DNA of 64,000 nt from contig DALS01000064.1 in NCBI GenBank assembly GCA_002499445.1, forward strand, positions 283 through 64,282, written 5' to 3'. This document shows, one piece after another, positions 39,900 through 48,688 of this stretch. The notes below the pieces were generated by a model. It was not told where the DNA came from, ran no database searches, and was given only the letters and a program-made list of their open reading frames with translations. Position numbers and translations under genes: made by a program. This stretch comes from Methanosarcina sp. UBA293. Its GTDB lineage: Archaea > Halobacteriota > Methanosarcinia > Methanosarcinales > Methanosarcinaceae. Position 1 is the stretch's first letter. Each line of letters begins with the position of its first letter.

Positions 39900-39972
39900 G
39901 GCCGGGACCGAGAATTGAACTCGGATCGTAGCCTCCACAGGGCCACAGGATAACCTCTACCCTACCCCGGCC
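39900..39972 (-). tRNA. tRNA-His(GUG) with genomic G-1, no encoded CCA
   Basis: Reverse complement G-GCCGGGG...TGGCC-CTGTGGA-GGCTA...CCGAG-TTCAATT-CTCGG-TCCCGGC-C folds as a cloverleaf; anticodon GTG; discriminator C. Confidence 0.96.
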
Positions 39973-40135
39973 ACAGGGGTCTGGTACTTCAGATTGAAGC
40001 AACCTATAGAAGGAGTTTTTTTATATAAAGTTTTTGCCGGAAAGAACAGGAGACCCTCCCGTGGAAAGAAGAAACTTCTGTTTTCCGGCCCTCTGGGCGC
40101 GCAAGATTAGGTAAAATGTCCTGCCTAAATTAGTA

Positions 40136-40918
40136 TTAGAGTTCCTTAAGCTTTTCAAGGGCAAGTTTTGCAGCCTTTTCTCCCGATAGGAGCATACCTC
40201 CAAAGACAGGGCCCATTCTAGGGGCGCGTGTTGCGGCATTTGCAGCCATGCCAGCTACAATCAGGCCAGGATAGATCTCCTGGGTTGCATCGACTGCTAG
40301 GCGTTCGCCAACCTCTGACCACATGGGCTTTTCCCCAAGCAGCCCGAGTTCTCCAATTTTTGCATCGGGGATTTTCCTGAGAATGGTGTTACATACAACT
40401 GCATCATGCCCTGTCCCGTCAATTACGAGTTTTGTGCGGATCATGAGAGGATCCACATGCAAGCGTTGTGCCGTTATAGGCCCCCAGTTGATAACAATTC
40501 CAGTAACCCTATCATTTTCCCGAATCATGACGTCTTCAAAGCTCACAAGGTTGAAAACTTCAGCCCCTGCTGAAGTTGCTCCTGCGATCAGTTTCCCAAC
40601 AGACTCTACGGAATTTGCCACATAGTACCCGGGCTGGTACTCTTTGTACCTGATCCCGAAATCGTCAAGGATGCGGCAGGCTTCTTCTTGCACAACTATG
40701 CGCGGGAACATCATACCACCAGCCCACATGCCGCCCCCGAGTGACAGCTTCTGTTCATAAATAGCGACCTTTGCCCCTGCCTCTGCAAGATACTTTGCAG
40801 CCACCAGGTTTGCAGGTCCCCCTCCTATGAGTGCTACATCGATATCCGTATAATCTAGGAAAGTTCTAGAATACTCATCAAAAATTGCCCTTGTAATTAT
40901 GACTTCATCAAGTTCCAT
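40136..40918 (-). CDS. thi4: Sulfide-dependent thiazole synthase Thi4
   Basis: IGGGPANL, LGGGMWAGGMMF, HVDPL, RMGPVFGGMLLSG. Confidence 0.94.
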   Translation of the reverse strand: MELDEVIITRAIFDEYSRTFLDYTDIDVALIGGGPANLVAAKYLAEAGAKVAIYEQKLSLGGGMWAGGMMFPRIVVQEEACRILDDFGIRYKEYQPGYYVANSVESVGKLIAGATSAGAEVFNLVSFEDVMIRENDRVTGIVINWGPITAQRLHVDPLMIRTKLVIDGTGHDAVVCNTILRKIPDAKIGELGLLGEKPMWSEVGERLAVDATQEIYPGLIVAGMAANAATRAPRMGPVFGGMLLSGEKAAKLALEKLKEL

Positions 40919-41488
40919 TTTAATCTCTCATAAAGCTTATAAGGTTGAAAGCCAGGAAAAAATTCAGGGCTTTCCAGAAGGAAATCAGGAATTGTTAACC
41001 CTGATCCATAATCATTGAATTCACATTCTGATACAGGGCATTGCTATTAAAGTTGTTGGAATCGATGAGTAGAAAACCGAAAAATAAACTCAAAAGGTTA
41101 GAATAATTGAAAGGTACAACATTCGATATCTTGATAAATAAAGATCAAACCGGTGTTCCAGGATATTTTCAAGCTGTATTTTTAACATATCATGAACTGT
41201 TAATAGAAGAGGGCAAGATAAGAGGGCAAGATAACAAAAAATTAGCGTCAAAATTAAACGACATTGGTGGACACATACATGTATATAAAGGAGGGGGAAA
41301 ATGGAGTGCAGAAAATACAAAAACAATTCTGTATATATAACCTTCAGACCCAATAATGTAGAATTGTACTTTAAGTTGCTCATTGCCCAACCATAATCAT
41401 AGCCTGTAGAATTGAAAATAAGATGGGCAATAAGCAACTGATTCTGAACTACTTAAAATTGGCTGATACAGTAATATAGAAGGACAGG

Positions 41489-42028
41489 TCAAATATTCTG
41501 TTCAGCCTCTCCTCCATTGGTAAAGAACATTTTCTGACCTGTATCTCCGGAATAAAGTATAAGCTGCTCATTCTCAAGAGCTGCGGATTTTACATCAGTT
41601 AAAAGTGATAGATATTTGCTATCCATTGATTGAGGTCCGCATGCAACAAGTGTCATTACATGAGGATCAAGAGTTAAGCTATCTTCCTCCAGGTTATAGT
41701 TTCCACTGCCTCTGTTGCAATCGGCTTTGATATAATATGTACCATCGCGGAAGAAGGCAAGTGTATAATTCTCAGGATCAGACACTAAAGTTTTATTTTC
41801 AGAATTGAAAGACTGCTGGAAACCTGACCACTGCCATTTGACATCTATTAAAGAATCAGCAGAAATTATGCTGGAGTTTGCCGGAGTTTTAACAGGTTCA
41901 GGAGAAGTTTCCCCTTGCTCGGTACAACCTGGCGAGAAAGAAATCACAGTTATAACTAGGAAAGTAAAAAACAAAGAAGCTAGACCGATGGGTTTATTTC
42001 TTATTTTAACTCGCATTTTCCTTTTCAT
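41489..42028 (-). CDS. META-domain (HslJ-like) lipoprotein
   Basis: Signal with SPGC lipobox-like Cys; KADCNRGSGNY, MTLVAC motifs. Confidence 0.8.
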   Translation of the reverse strand: MKRKMRVKIRNKPIGLASLFFTFLVITVISFSPGCTEQGETSPEPVKTPANSSIISADSLIDVKWQWSGFQQSFNSENKTLVSDPENYTLAFFRDGTYYIKADCNRGSGNYNLEEDSLTLDPHVMTLVACGPQSMDSKYLSLLTDVKSAALENEQLILYSGDTGQKMFFTNGGEAEQNI

Positions 42029-42297
42029 TGTATATCTCCCAAAGTGAGCTTGTAATCCGGTTAATCTTGGTGTATCTTTTAATCCAATGCATCTCTTTGA
42101 TATAATATTTATTTAAACTTCAATTTGATTCGCAGTCATCGGAAATTAACAGTAATCGAAAGTCAATGATGAAATATGTGAATCGATGTTTATGCTATCT
42201 GATTTGAGTTCAGAAATACAGATTCCTATGTTTCTATAATCGACAAGGCTAACCTTATTGATAACAGAGGTTAATACTTGGATATGGGGGGAGAAGA

Positions 42298-42507
42298 ATA
42301 AAAATAAGCGCACGCAATGTGCTGAAAGGCAAGGTAAAACGAATAGTACACGGATCCGTTAACTCAGAAGTAGCAGTTGAACTTCCGGGTGGTATGGAAA
42401 TCACTTCCATTATTACAAAAAACTCAGCCGAAAATCTGGGTTTGAAAGAAGGGCATGAGGTATACGCAGTAATTAAAGCCACAAGCGTGATGTTGGCTTC
42501 TGACTGA
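42298..42507 (+). CDS. Mop/TOBE molybdate-tungstate binding protein
   Basis: (I)KISARNVLKGKV...ITSIIT..S...LGLKEG..VYAVIKATSVM; family N-terminus starts at ATA 42298. Confidence 0.88.
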   Translation: MKISARNVLKGKVKRIVHGSVNSEVAVELPGGMEITSIITKNSAENLGLKEGHEVYAVIKATSVMLASD

Positions 42508-42679
42508 CAAATGGAGTTTCAGTACTACAGAATTACAAAATCTTATAAGGATTCTTGAAACCAAAACTGGATTTTACAACTAAAAGTAATTTCTGTTATC
42601 TAAAGTCAAATTGATATAAAAACAGTTTTTCCTGAGAATCACCTTGAGAATTGTATTATTGAATAAAGGAGGAGTTATT

Positions 42680-42826
42680 CTGAAAAAAGAGAATAAAGAA
42701 CCAGCATTTCAGCCTGAACCAATACCTGAGCCTGAGCCACAACCTGTTCCCTCACCTGAGCCTATACCTTATCCGGAGCCAGATAGTGAACATGAAAAGA
42801 AACCAAAAAATAAGATAACTCCATAA
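42680..42826 (+). CDS. Small Pro-Glu-rich peptide (hypothetical)
   Basis: GGAGGAG RBS before CTG 42680; QPEPIPEPEPQPVPSPEPIPYPEP; stop 18 bp before the TIR gene. Confidence 0.45.
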   Translation: MKKENKEPAFQPEPIPEPEPQPVPSPEPIPYPEPDSEHEKKPKNKITP

Positions 42827-42844
42827 TTAAACCACAGCAGCGCT

Positions 42845-43411
42845 ATGATTTCAAAAATTTACATAGCTCATTGCGAGCAGGACGAACCACTTGCTCAGGA
42901 ACTAGCCAGAACTCTTTGGGCTGTAGAACTGGAAAGCTTTTCATCCCTATACAGGAAAGCTCGAATTCTTCCTTTAGGCGAAAGGATACGTTTTGGAATT
43001 CGCCAGTCAGATTGTTTTATTCCGATTCTCACACAGGAAGGTGTAGGATCTTTGGAAGTGAATCAGGAGATTGGCCTTGCAGTAGGAATTGATCAGCTTA
43101 TAATCCCACTGGTAGAGATAGGAGTCAAATTGCCTGTTCTCATACACCATCTCCAGCCCATTGTCTTTTTTCCTGAGGCTTATGAGGATGCTCTGGGAAA
43201 ATTGATACAGGGCATCAGAGAGCTTACCAAACTTGACTGGCTGAAGATAAAATGCCCCTACTGTGGGGAGGAAATGACTCAATATATTTCACCCCAGGAG
43301 GAAGTAGAAAGAGCTCTTCTCGCAGGGACGCATCTTGGAACAAGATGTAGTTATTGCCAGAAAAATATTCATTTGGATCCAAGAACCTTTAGACCTGTGC
43401 TCCATCAGTGA
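42845..43411 (+). CDS. TIR-domain protein with C-terminal zinc ribbon
   Basis: KIYIAH..QD..LAQEL, IRQSDCFIPILT, VNQEIG.A, LIIPLV; CPYC...CSYC. Confidence 0.8.
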   Translation: MISKIYIAHCEQDEPLAQELARTLWAVELESFSSLYRKARILPLGERIRFGIRQSDCFIPILTQEGVGSLEVNQEIGLAVGIDQLIIPLVEIGVKLPVLIHHLQPIVFFPEAYEDALGKLIQGIRELTKLDWLKIKCPYCGEEMTQYISPQEEVERALLAGTHLGTRCSYCQKNIHLDPRTFRPVLHQ

Positions 43412-43424
43412 TTGGTAATAATGA

Positions 43425-43814
43425 TTGGTAATTGAATTGAAACAGGAAATGGTGGAATCTATGGAGAGGAAAGTAACAAATGAAATAAAAGATGAGCCAG
43501 GCGAGCCAATAGTAGCTAGCTCCAAAATGGGGGAAGCAACTGTAAGTGAATTAGAGGTCAAAGGAATCGAAAATCTCACCCCTGCGGAAAAGAAACATCT
43601 GCTTCTGCAACTTGCCCGCGATAGAGTTAAAGATAGTTCTGCAGGTCCGTGGGAAATTGTTGATGTTTTTAGAGATGAATGGAGAGCCGTCAAAGATACA
43701 TTAGCTCAACCTGTGGAAATCGATTTAAGGGATATGGGAAGAGACTCACTCTTTCGAGTATTGCTGGATATAACACAGCTAGAAAGACAACTAGAAGTAC
43801 AGGAACAGGAATAA
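43425..43814 (+). CDS. Hypothetical protein (about 120-129 aa)
   Basis: ORF 13 bp after the TIR gene; charged helical composition; no motif recognised. Confidence 0.65.
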   Translation: MVIELKQEMVESMERKVTNEIKDEPGEPIVASSKMGEATVSELEVKGIENLTPAEKKHLLLQLARDRVKDSSAGPWEIVDVFRDEWRAVKDTLAQPVEIDLRDMGRDSLFRVLLDITQLERQLEVQEQE

Positions 43815-44241
43815 GGTAAAATTTCTTTTCTCTCTATTGCATTTACAAGTAACTTGACCTTTTTAAGAAAATCGTATTTAAATCTCTATGTATTGTGATG
43901 ATACCAAAACTCCCTACCGTTGAAAGCCCCATAATCGGTTATTCTGTAGTTTCAGATTAGTCAATCGTTTTCCTATTGTTTCCAATCACCGGTATCTTTT
44001 TTAAAGCTCATTTAAGCTCTTTATATAGAATTAAAAGCATTGCCTTGCAATCGAATATTAGAACCAGAAGAAACTAGGAAAAATCGAATCGCTAGAACTA
44101 TCGGAAAAAAATCAAGAGAAAACCAAGGTATATATAGAGGAAGATTAGTTTAAAAAATATTAGACCGGAAGAAAAACTTCGGTCTGGAAACGGGCTTTAA
44201 TTATAAGAATCCGATTCAAAAAATCGGAAACTTTCTATTGT

Positions 44242-44412
44242 TTACTCCATTGACTCGATTTGGTGGATCAAGTCATTGGTGTATCTTTCAGAGAACTCCA
44301 CATGTGGACCGCAAGGAACGATCTTTACTAGCATCCCATATCTGAACACGTATGTGTAAGGCCCAAGTGAAGTCTTCACTATTTTAAAAGTGTATCCTTT
44401 CACAAAGGTCAC
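44242..44412 (-). CDS. Small ORF, 56 aa (absent from the ORF track)
   Basis: GGAGGT RBS 6 nt before GTG; MTFVKGYTFKIVKTSLGPYTYVFRYGMLVKIVPCGPHVEFSERYTNDLIHQIESME; TATA-like TTTAATAT upstream. Confidence 0.6.
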   Translation of the reverse strand: MTFVKGYTFKIVKTSLGPYTYVFRYGMLVKIVPCGPHVEFSERYTNDLIHQIESME

Positions 44413-44797
44413 TATTTTAACCTCCAGTAGTTATTATGTCGGGCAATCTATATTAAAATTTTTTTACCTAATAATCGTTATAAATCTGACATCTTCGACT
44501 ATTTACGCTCTAGAATGCATTTCAATCGAATTATAATTATATAATTAATAAAAATAATTTTATAAAGAGATTCAAAAAAGAAGGTCATTTTTGAAACCCG
44601 TTAGAGAAATCATCTAACAATCTTGCATAATATTATGAGGACTTAACTTAAAGAATAGCTCTGATGAATAAAATAACTGGGATCAAAAGTTCAGATCAAA
44701 AGAGCTGAGAGACCAAAGTCAGGGGAAAAATTGTGGATCAAAATAATCTGGGTAAGAAACAGCCTCGATAATAAATAATTTTGAAGCCAGCCATAAA

Positions 44798-45220
44798 TTA
44801 CTTTAGCTTTTCTATTATTTTAAGCAGCTCATCTTCATCCCTGGCAAGGGCGACTATAGCCATCTCTACCATAAGATTAACAATTCCATCCGAGAGAGAT
44901 CGAAAATCAGTTCGAAGCCCTATGACAGGTTTTTCCTTTGCATAAGCATAACCTATCTCCCAAGAAGTTCCTGAATCTACGTCCACTCCATCAAGTACTG
45001 CAACTATAACGTCTGAGCCATCCACACCTCCCACACATTTCTTGAAAATGAGCTCCTGACTCTGTTTATTTCGTTCATCTGCAGTGTCCTCTGCGTCTTC
45101 CTGAGGCAAAAAAACCGAAAAGCCTTTCTTGAGCAGCAAGTCCCTCAATTTGCGGTTATATTCAAGTTCTGCATGGCTGAAAAGCGGACCTGCAAGGTAG
45201 ATTCTCTTTTTCTTGTTCAT
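44798..45220 (-). CDS. Nucleoside 2-deoxyribosyltransferase / RCL-like family protein
   Basis: IYLAGPLFS, VFLPQE, DSGTSWEIGYAYA. Confidence 0.9.
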   Translation of the reverse strand: MNKKKRIYLAGPLFSHAELEYNRKLRDLLLKKGFSVFLPQEDAEDTADERNKQSQELIFKKCVGGVDGSDVIVAVLDGVDVDSGTSWEIGYAYAKEKPVIGLRTDFRSLSDGIVNLMVEMAIVALARDEDELLKIIEKLK

Positions 45221-45681
45221 GTTAACTTCCTGACACTTCAAGACTGTTTACAACAAAATTTCCTATAGTAAGAGAGACTCTAGACATAAAATAGTTTACC
45301 TGTAATCCTCCTTTCATTCCAGCACGAAGAGCCTCAGCCTTCCTCGAACTGGAATACACTTATATATTTAAAAAGTTAATTTTCACTGATTCAAAATTAA
45401 AAACATGATTTGCTTTCTGTATAAAACTACAAATGAAAAATCAGATTATCAAAATTCTGGATAAATGGGGTTAATTCCGGTTAATTAGGCATTCTGAATA
45501 ATCAGCGGCCTCTTATTAAACACTGTTAGTTTGGGGAAGTAAAAATCCTTCTATTTAACAGTTTTAAGTAATAGGGTAGTTGCATCAATTAATTACGTGA
45601 CGGTAAACTGATGACAGTACAAGCTTATGTTAACTCTTCCAGGAACAAATTTAATTATCTTATATTGAAATTACAAAGGCA

Positions 45682-46704
45682 ATGACACTTATGATCAAGG
45701 CTGGAATAATAGGAGCTTCAGGCTATACAGGAGGAGAACTCCTCCGCTTGCTTGTTAACCACCCAAATGTCAAGCTAGAACTGGCAACTTCCCGAAGTCT
45801 TGCAGGGAAAGCCGTCACGAGCACCCACAAGCATCTTGAAGGTTTCCTGGACCTCAAGTATGAAAATCCTGATTCAGAAGACATCAGGGAGCGCTGTGAT
45901 GTAGTCTTTCTTGCAGTGCCTCATGGATCTGCCATGAATTATGTCCCTGAGCTGCTTGATGGCAATACCAAGGTTGTTGATCTTAGCGCAGATTACAGGC
46001 TTGAAACTTCGGAATTTGAAAAAATCTACGGGGTAAAGCACAGCGACCCTAGAGATGCTGTTTATGGGCTTGTAGAGCTCCATCCAGAAGTTAAAAAAGA
46101 AAACTTCGTGGCAAATCCTGGATGTTTTCCCACAGGCGCAACCCTTGCAGCAGCTCCTCTTGCGGCAGCCGGACTTATCGACATTGCAGTTTTTGATTCC
46201 AAAACAGGAATTTCAGGAGCTGGCATCTCGCCTACTGAGACTTCACATTACCCGAATCTTGCAGAAAATATCATTCCATACAAGCTTACAACCCATAGGC
46301 ACAGGGCTGAAATCGTCCAGGAACTGATAGCGCTTGACGGAAAGCTCAGGAATATTAGCTTCACTCCCCACGTAATTCCATCTATCAGAGGAATCTTTAC
46401 AACTGCTCACCTTTTTACAAAGGAACCTCTTTCCACAGACGACTTAAAGACAATTTATCAAGAATTTTACAGGGACAGACCGTTTGTCAGGTTCCCTTCA
46501 GGGATTCCTTCCCTTACCGCAGTCAGAGGTTCTAACTTCTGCGATGTAGGTTTTGAAGCGGATAAGGAAAACAATAGGGTTGTTGTACTCTCTGCAATTG
46601 ATAACCTAGTAAAAGGTGCATCAGGACAGGCTATTCAGAATATGAACCTCATGTTTGGACTGGATGAGACGTGTGGGCTATGGCTGCCAGCCGCAGCTCC
46701 GTAA
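45682..46704 (+). CDS. argC: N-acetyl-gamma-glutamyl-phosphate reductase
   Basis: GASGYTG, VANPGCFPT, SGAG, DNLVKGASGQAIQNMN. Confidence 0.96.
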   Translation: MTLMIKAGIIGASGYTGGELLRLLVNHPNVKLELATSRSLAGKAVTSTHKHLEGFLDLKYENPDSEDIRERCDVVFLAVPHGSAMNYVPELLDGNTKVVDLSADYRLETSEFEKIYGVKHSDPRDAVYGLVELHPEVKKENFVANPGCFPTGATLAAAPLAAAGLIDIAVFDSKTGISGAGISPTETSHYPNLAENIIPYKLTTHRHRAEIVQELIALDGKLRNISFTPHVIPSIRGIFTTAHLFTKEPLSTDDLKTIYQEFYRDRPFVRFPSGIPSLTAVRGSNFCDVGFEADKENNRVVVLSAIDNLVKGASGQAIQNMNLMFGLDETCGLWLPAAAP

Positions 46705-46792
46705 ATAAAGCTCAAGCAAGAAATTCAAGCAAAAATATAACTGGTTACGGATTAAAGTAAAGAGTGGATTTTGTGTCAAGGGGTACAGTCAG

Positions 46793-47257
46793 ATGAAGAT
46801 AAAAGATGTCATGAACCCGAACATTGTTTTCTGCAAGCCTGACAATACGATCAGGGAAGCTGCAAAAATCTTGAAAGAAAATAATGTTAGTGGAGCACCT
46901 GTCCTTGAAGGTGAAGAGCTTGTGGGCATAATAAGTGAAGCAGACCTACTGAAACTTCTTATATTGCCCGAAAAAGGAGGCCTCTGGCTTCCAAGCCCCT
47001 TTGAGGTTATAGAGATTCCCATCAGGGAACTTCTTGGCTGGGAGGAAACAAAGAAGATGCTTTCTGATGTTGGCTCTACAAAAATAGAAGAGATTATGAC
47101 AAAGGACGTGCACACGATCTCTTCCAAAGCATCCGTAGAAGAAGCTTCCGAGCATATGATAAGGCACAGGATCAACAGGCTTCCTGTAACTGAGGATAAC
47201 CGCTTGGTAGGGATCGTTACTCGCGGCGATATTATTCAAGGGCTTGCAAAGCTCTGA
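46793..47257 (+). CDS. CBS-pair protein
   Basis: Two CBS repeats (SGAPV...VGIISEADL; RLPV...VGIVTRGDII). Confidence 0.9.
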   Translation: MKIKDVMNPNIVFCKPDNTIREAAKILKENNVSGAPVLEGEELVGIISEADLLKLLILPEKGGLWLPSPFEVIEIPIRELLGWEETKKMLSDVGSTKIEEIMTKDVHTISSKASVEEASEHMIRHRINRLPVTEDNRLVGIVTRGDIIQGLAKL

Positions 47258-47276
47258 AGGAAAAGGAGAGTCTTTC

Positions 47277-48464
47277 ATGAAGCAAATAGAAGGTGGAATC
47301 TGCGCAGTAAGGGGTGTATCCGCAAACGGGATTAAAGTTGGAAAAATGGGATTGACTGTCATTCTTGCGGAAGGCCCTGCAGCAGGTGTCTTTACAAAGA
47401 ATAAAGTGGCTGCAGCCCCGGTTATCCTGAGCAAAGGAGTTATCGAAACCCAGCACCGTCTTTCGGCCGTAATTGCAAATAGCGGCAATGCCAACGCCTT
47501 TACAGGTGATGACGGTTTTCTGGACGCTATGGAAATGGCAGCCATGCTTGCCAAAAAGCTTGACCTTAAAGCTGAAACGGTTGCAGTTGCCTCGACAGGA
47601 GTGATTGGCAGAAAGCTTGATATCTCCCTGATCGGAGAACACCTTCCAGAAGTCCTTGAAGGACTGGGCAGTTCTCCAGAGTGCAGCCAAAAAGCTGCAA
47701 AGGCGATAATGACCACAGATAGGACCTTAAAAGAAGTCACTATTGAAATGGACTGCGGGATCAGGATAGGTGCTATTGCTAAAGGATCAGGGATGATCGA
47801 GCCCAATATGGGAACTATGCTCTGTTTTGCATATACTGATGCGAATGTGCCCGCTGATGTCCTGGATTCCGCTCTAAGAATAGCAGTGGATAAAACTTTC
47901 AATATGGTCGTGGTAGACGGGGATACGAGCACGAACGATATGGTACTTCTCACCTCCACCTGCAAATCTGGAATCAAGCCCTGTATGGATTGCCTGGATG
48001 ATTTTGAGGAAGGGCTAATTTATGTATTCACCGAGCTTGCAAAAAAAATGGCTAGGGACGGAGAAGGAGCTACAAAACTTATTGAAACCAGGGTAGTGGG
48101 CGCAAAAACCCATGAGGAGGCTAAACTTGCTGCAAAAGCCATTGTGCGTTCTCCTTTGGTTAAATCCGCAATTTTTGGAAAGGACCCTAACTGGGGAAGG
48201 ATTGTAGCTGCTGCAGGATATTCGGGTGCAGAACTTGAACCAGAAAGGCTTTCCCTCTCATTTTCAGGAGGAGGAGAAGAAGTTGAACTCGTAAAATCTG
48301 GAGAGATTTCCAGTTCCTCGGATCTCGAGCTTTTGAAAAAGATAATGGCAAATGAAGAGATTATCATTAACCTTGATCTTAACATGGGAAAGGAACAGGC
48401 AACAGCCTGGGGCTGCGACCTGACTTACGACTATGTCAAGATCAATGCTGAGTATACGACTTGA
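47277..48464 (+). CDS. argJ: Ornithine acetyltransferase ArgJ
   Basis: NSGNANA, STGVIG, KGSGMIEPNMGT autocleavage site, DTSTND, DGEGATK. Confidence 0.96.
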   Translation: MKQIEGGICAVRGVSANGIKVGKMGLTVILAEGPAAGVFTKNKVAAAPVILSKGVIETQHRLSAVIANSGNANAFTGDDGFLDAMEMAAMLAKKLDLKAETVAVASTGVIGRKLDISLIGEHLPEVLEGLGSSPECSQKAAKAIMTTDRTLKEVTIEMDCGIRIGAIAKGSGMIEPNMGTMLCFAYTDANVPADVLDSALRIAVDKTFNMVVVDGDTSTNDMVLLTSTCKSGIKPCMDCLDDFEEGLIYVFTELAKKMARDGEGATKLIETRVVGAKTHEEAKLAAKAIVRSPLVKSAIFGKDPNWGRIVAAAGYSGAELEPERLSLSFSGGGEEVELVKSGEISSSSDLELLKKIMANEEIIINLDLNMGKEQATAWGCDLTYDYVKINAEYTT

Positions 48465-48688
48465 AACTGAATAAATAAATTAGTACAGAATATCGACTTG
48501 GTTGAGAATATACAACTTGATACTGGATACGTGGCTTAACGCCGGATATACAACTCACTTAAATTGAATAACGGGAGAAGGAAATAGAGGAAATATAGGC
48601 AAGACCAATCAAAAACGAGTATCCAAGTTTCCCCTATATTCCTGAAAATTACTTTTTGATTCAGATAAATAACCAGGGGGCTTATTAA

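Noticed and set aside
40963-41016. C/D-box sRNA or TPP riboswitch upstream of thi4 (ATGATTA...CTGA...CTGA on the minus strand)
   Set aside because: C box imperfect, guide spacing wrong, no C' box; TPP core motifs absent on the coding strand
41107-41340. 77-aa ORF
   Set aside because: Contains a 13-bp duplication that would shift frame, has no RBS and no motif; cannot be supported
43830-43990. Minus-strand micro-ORF with an internal TAG as a pyrrolysine read-through candidate
   Set aside because: Only about 35 codons even with read-through, no homology; no convincing Pyl-interrupted gene was seen in the gaps I checked
42845-45220. TIR gene plus nucleoside deoxyribosyltransferase as one Thoeris-like system
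   Set aside because: Convergent, 1.4 kb apart with other ORFs in between, and the NDT looks like an ordinary housekeeping member
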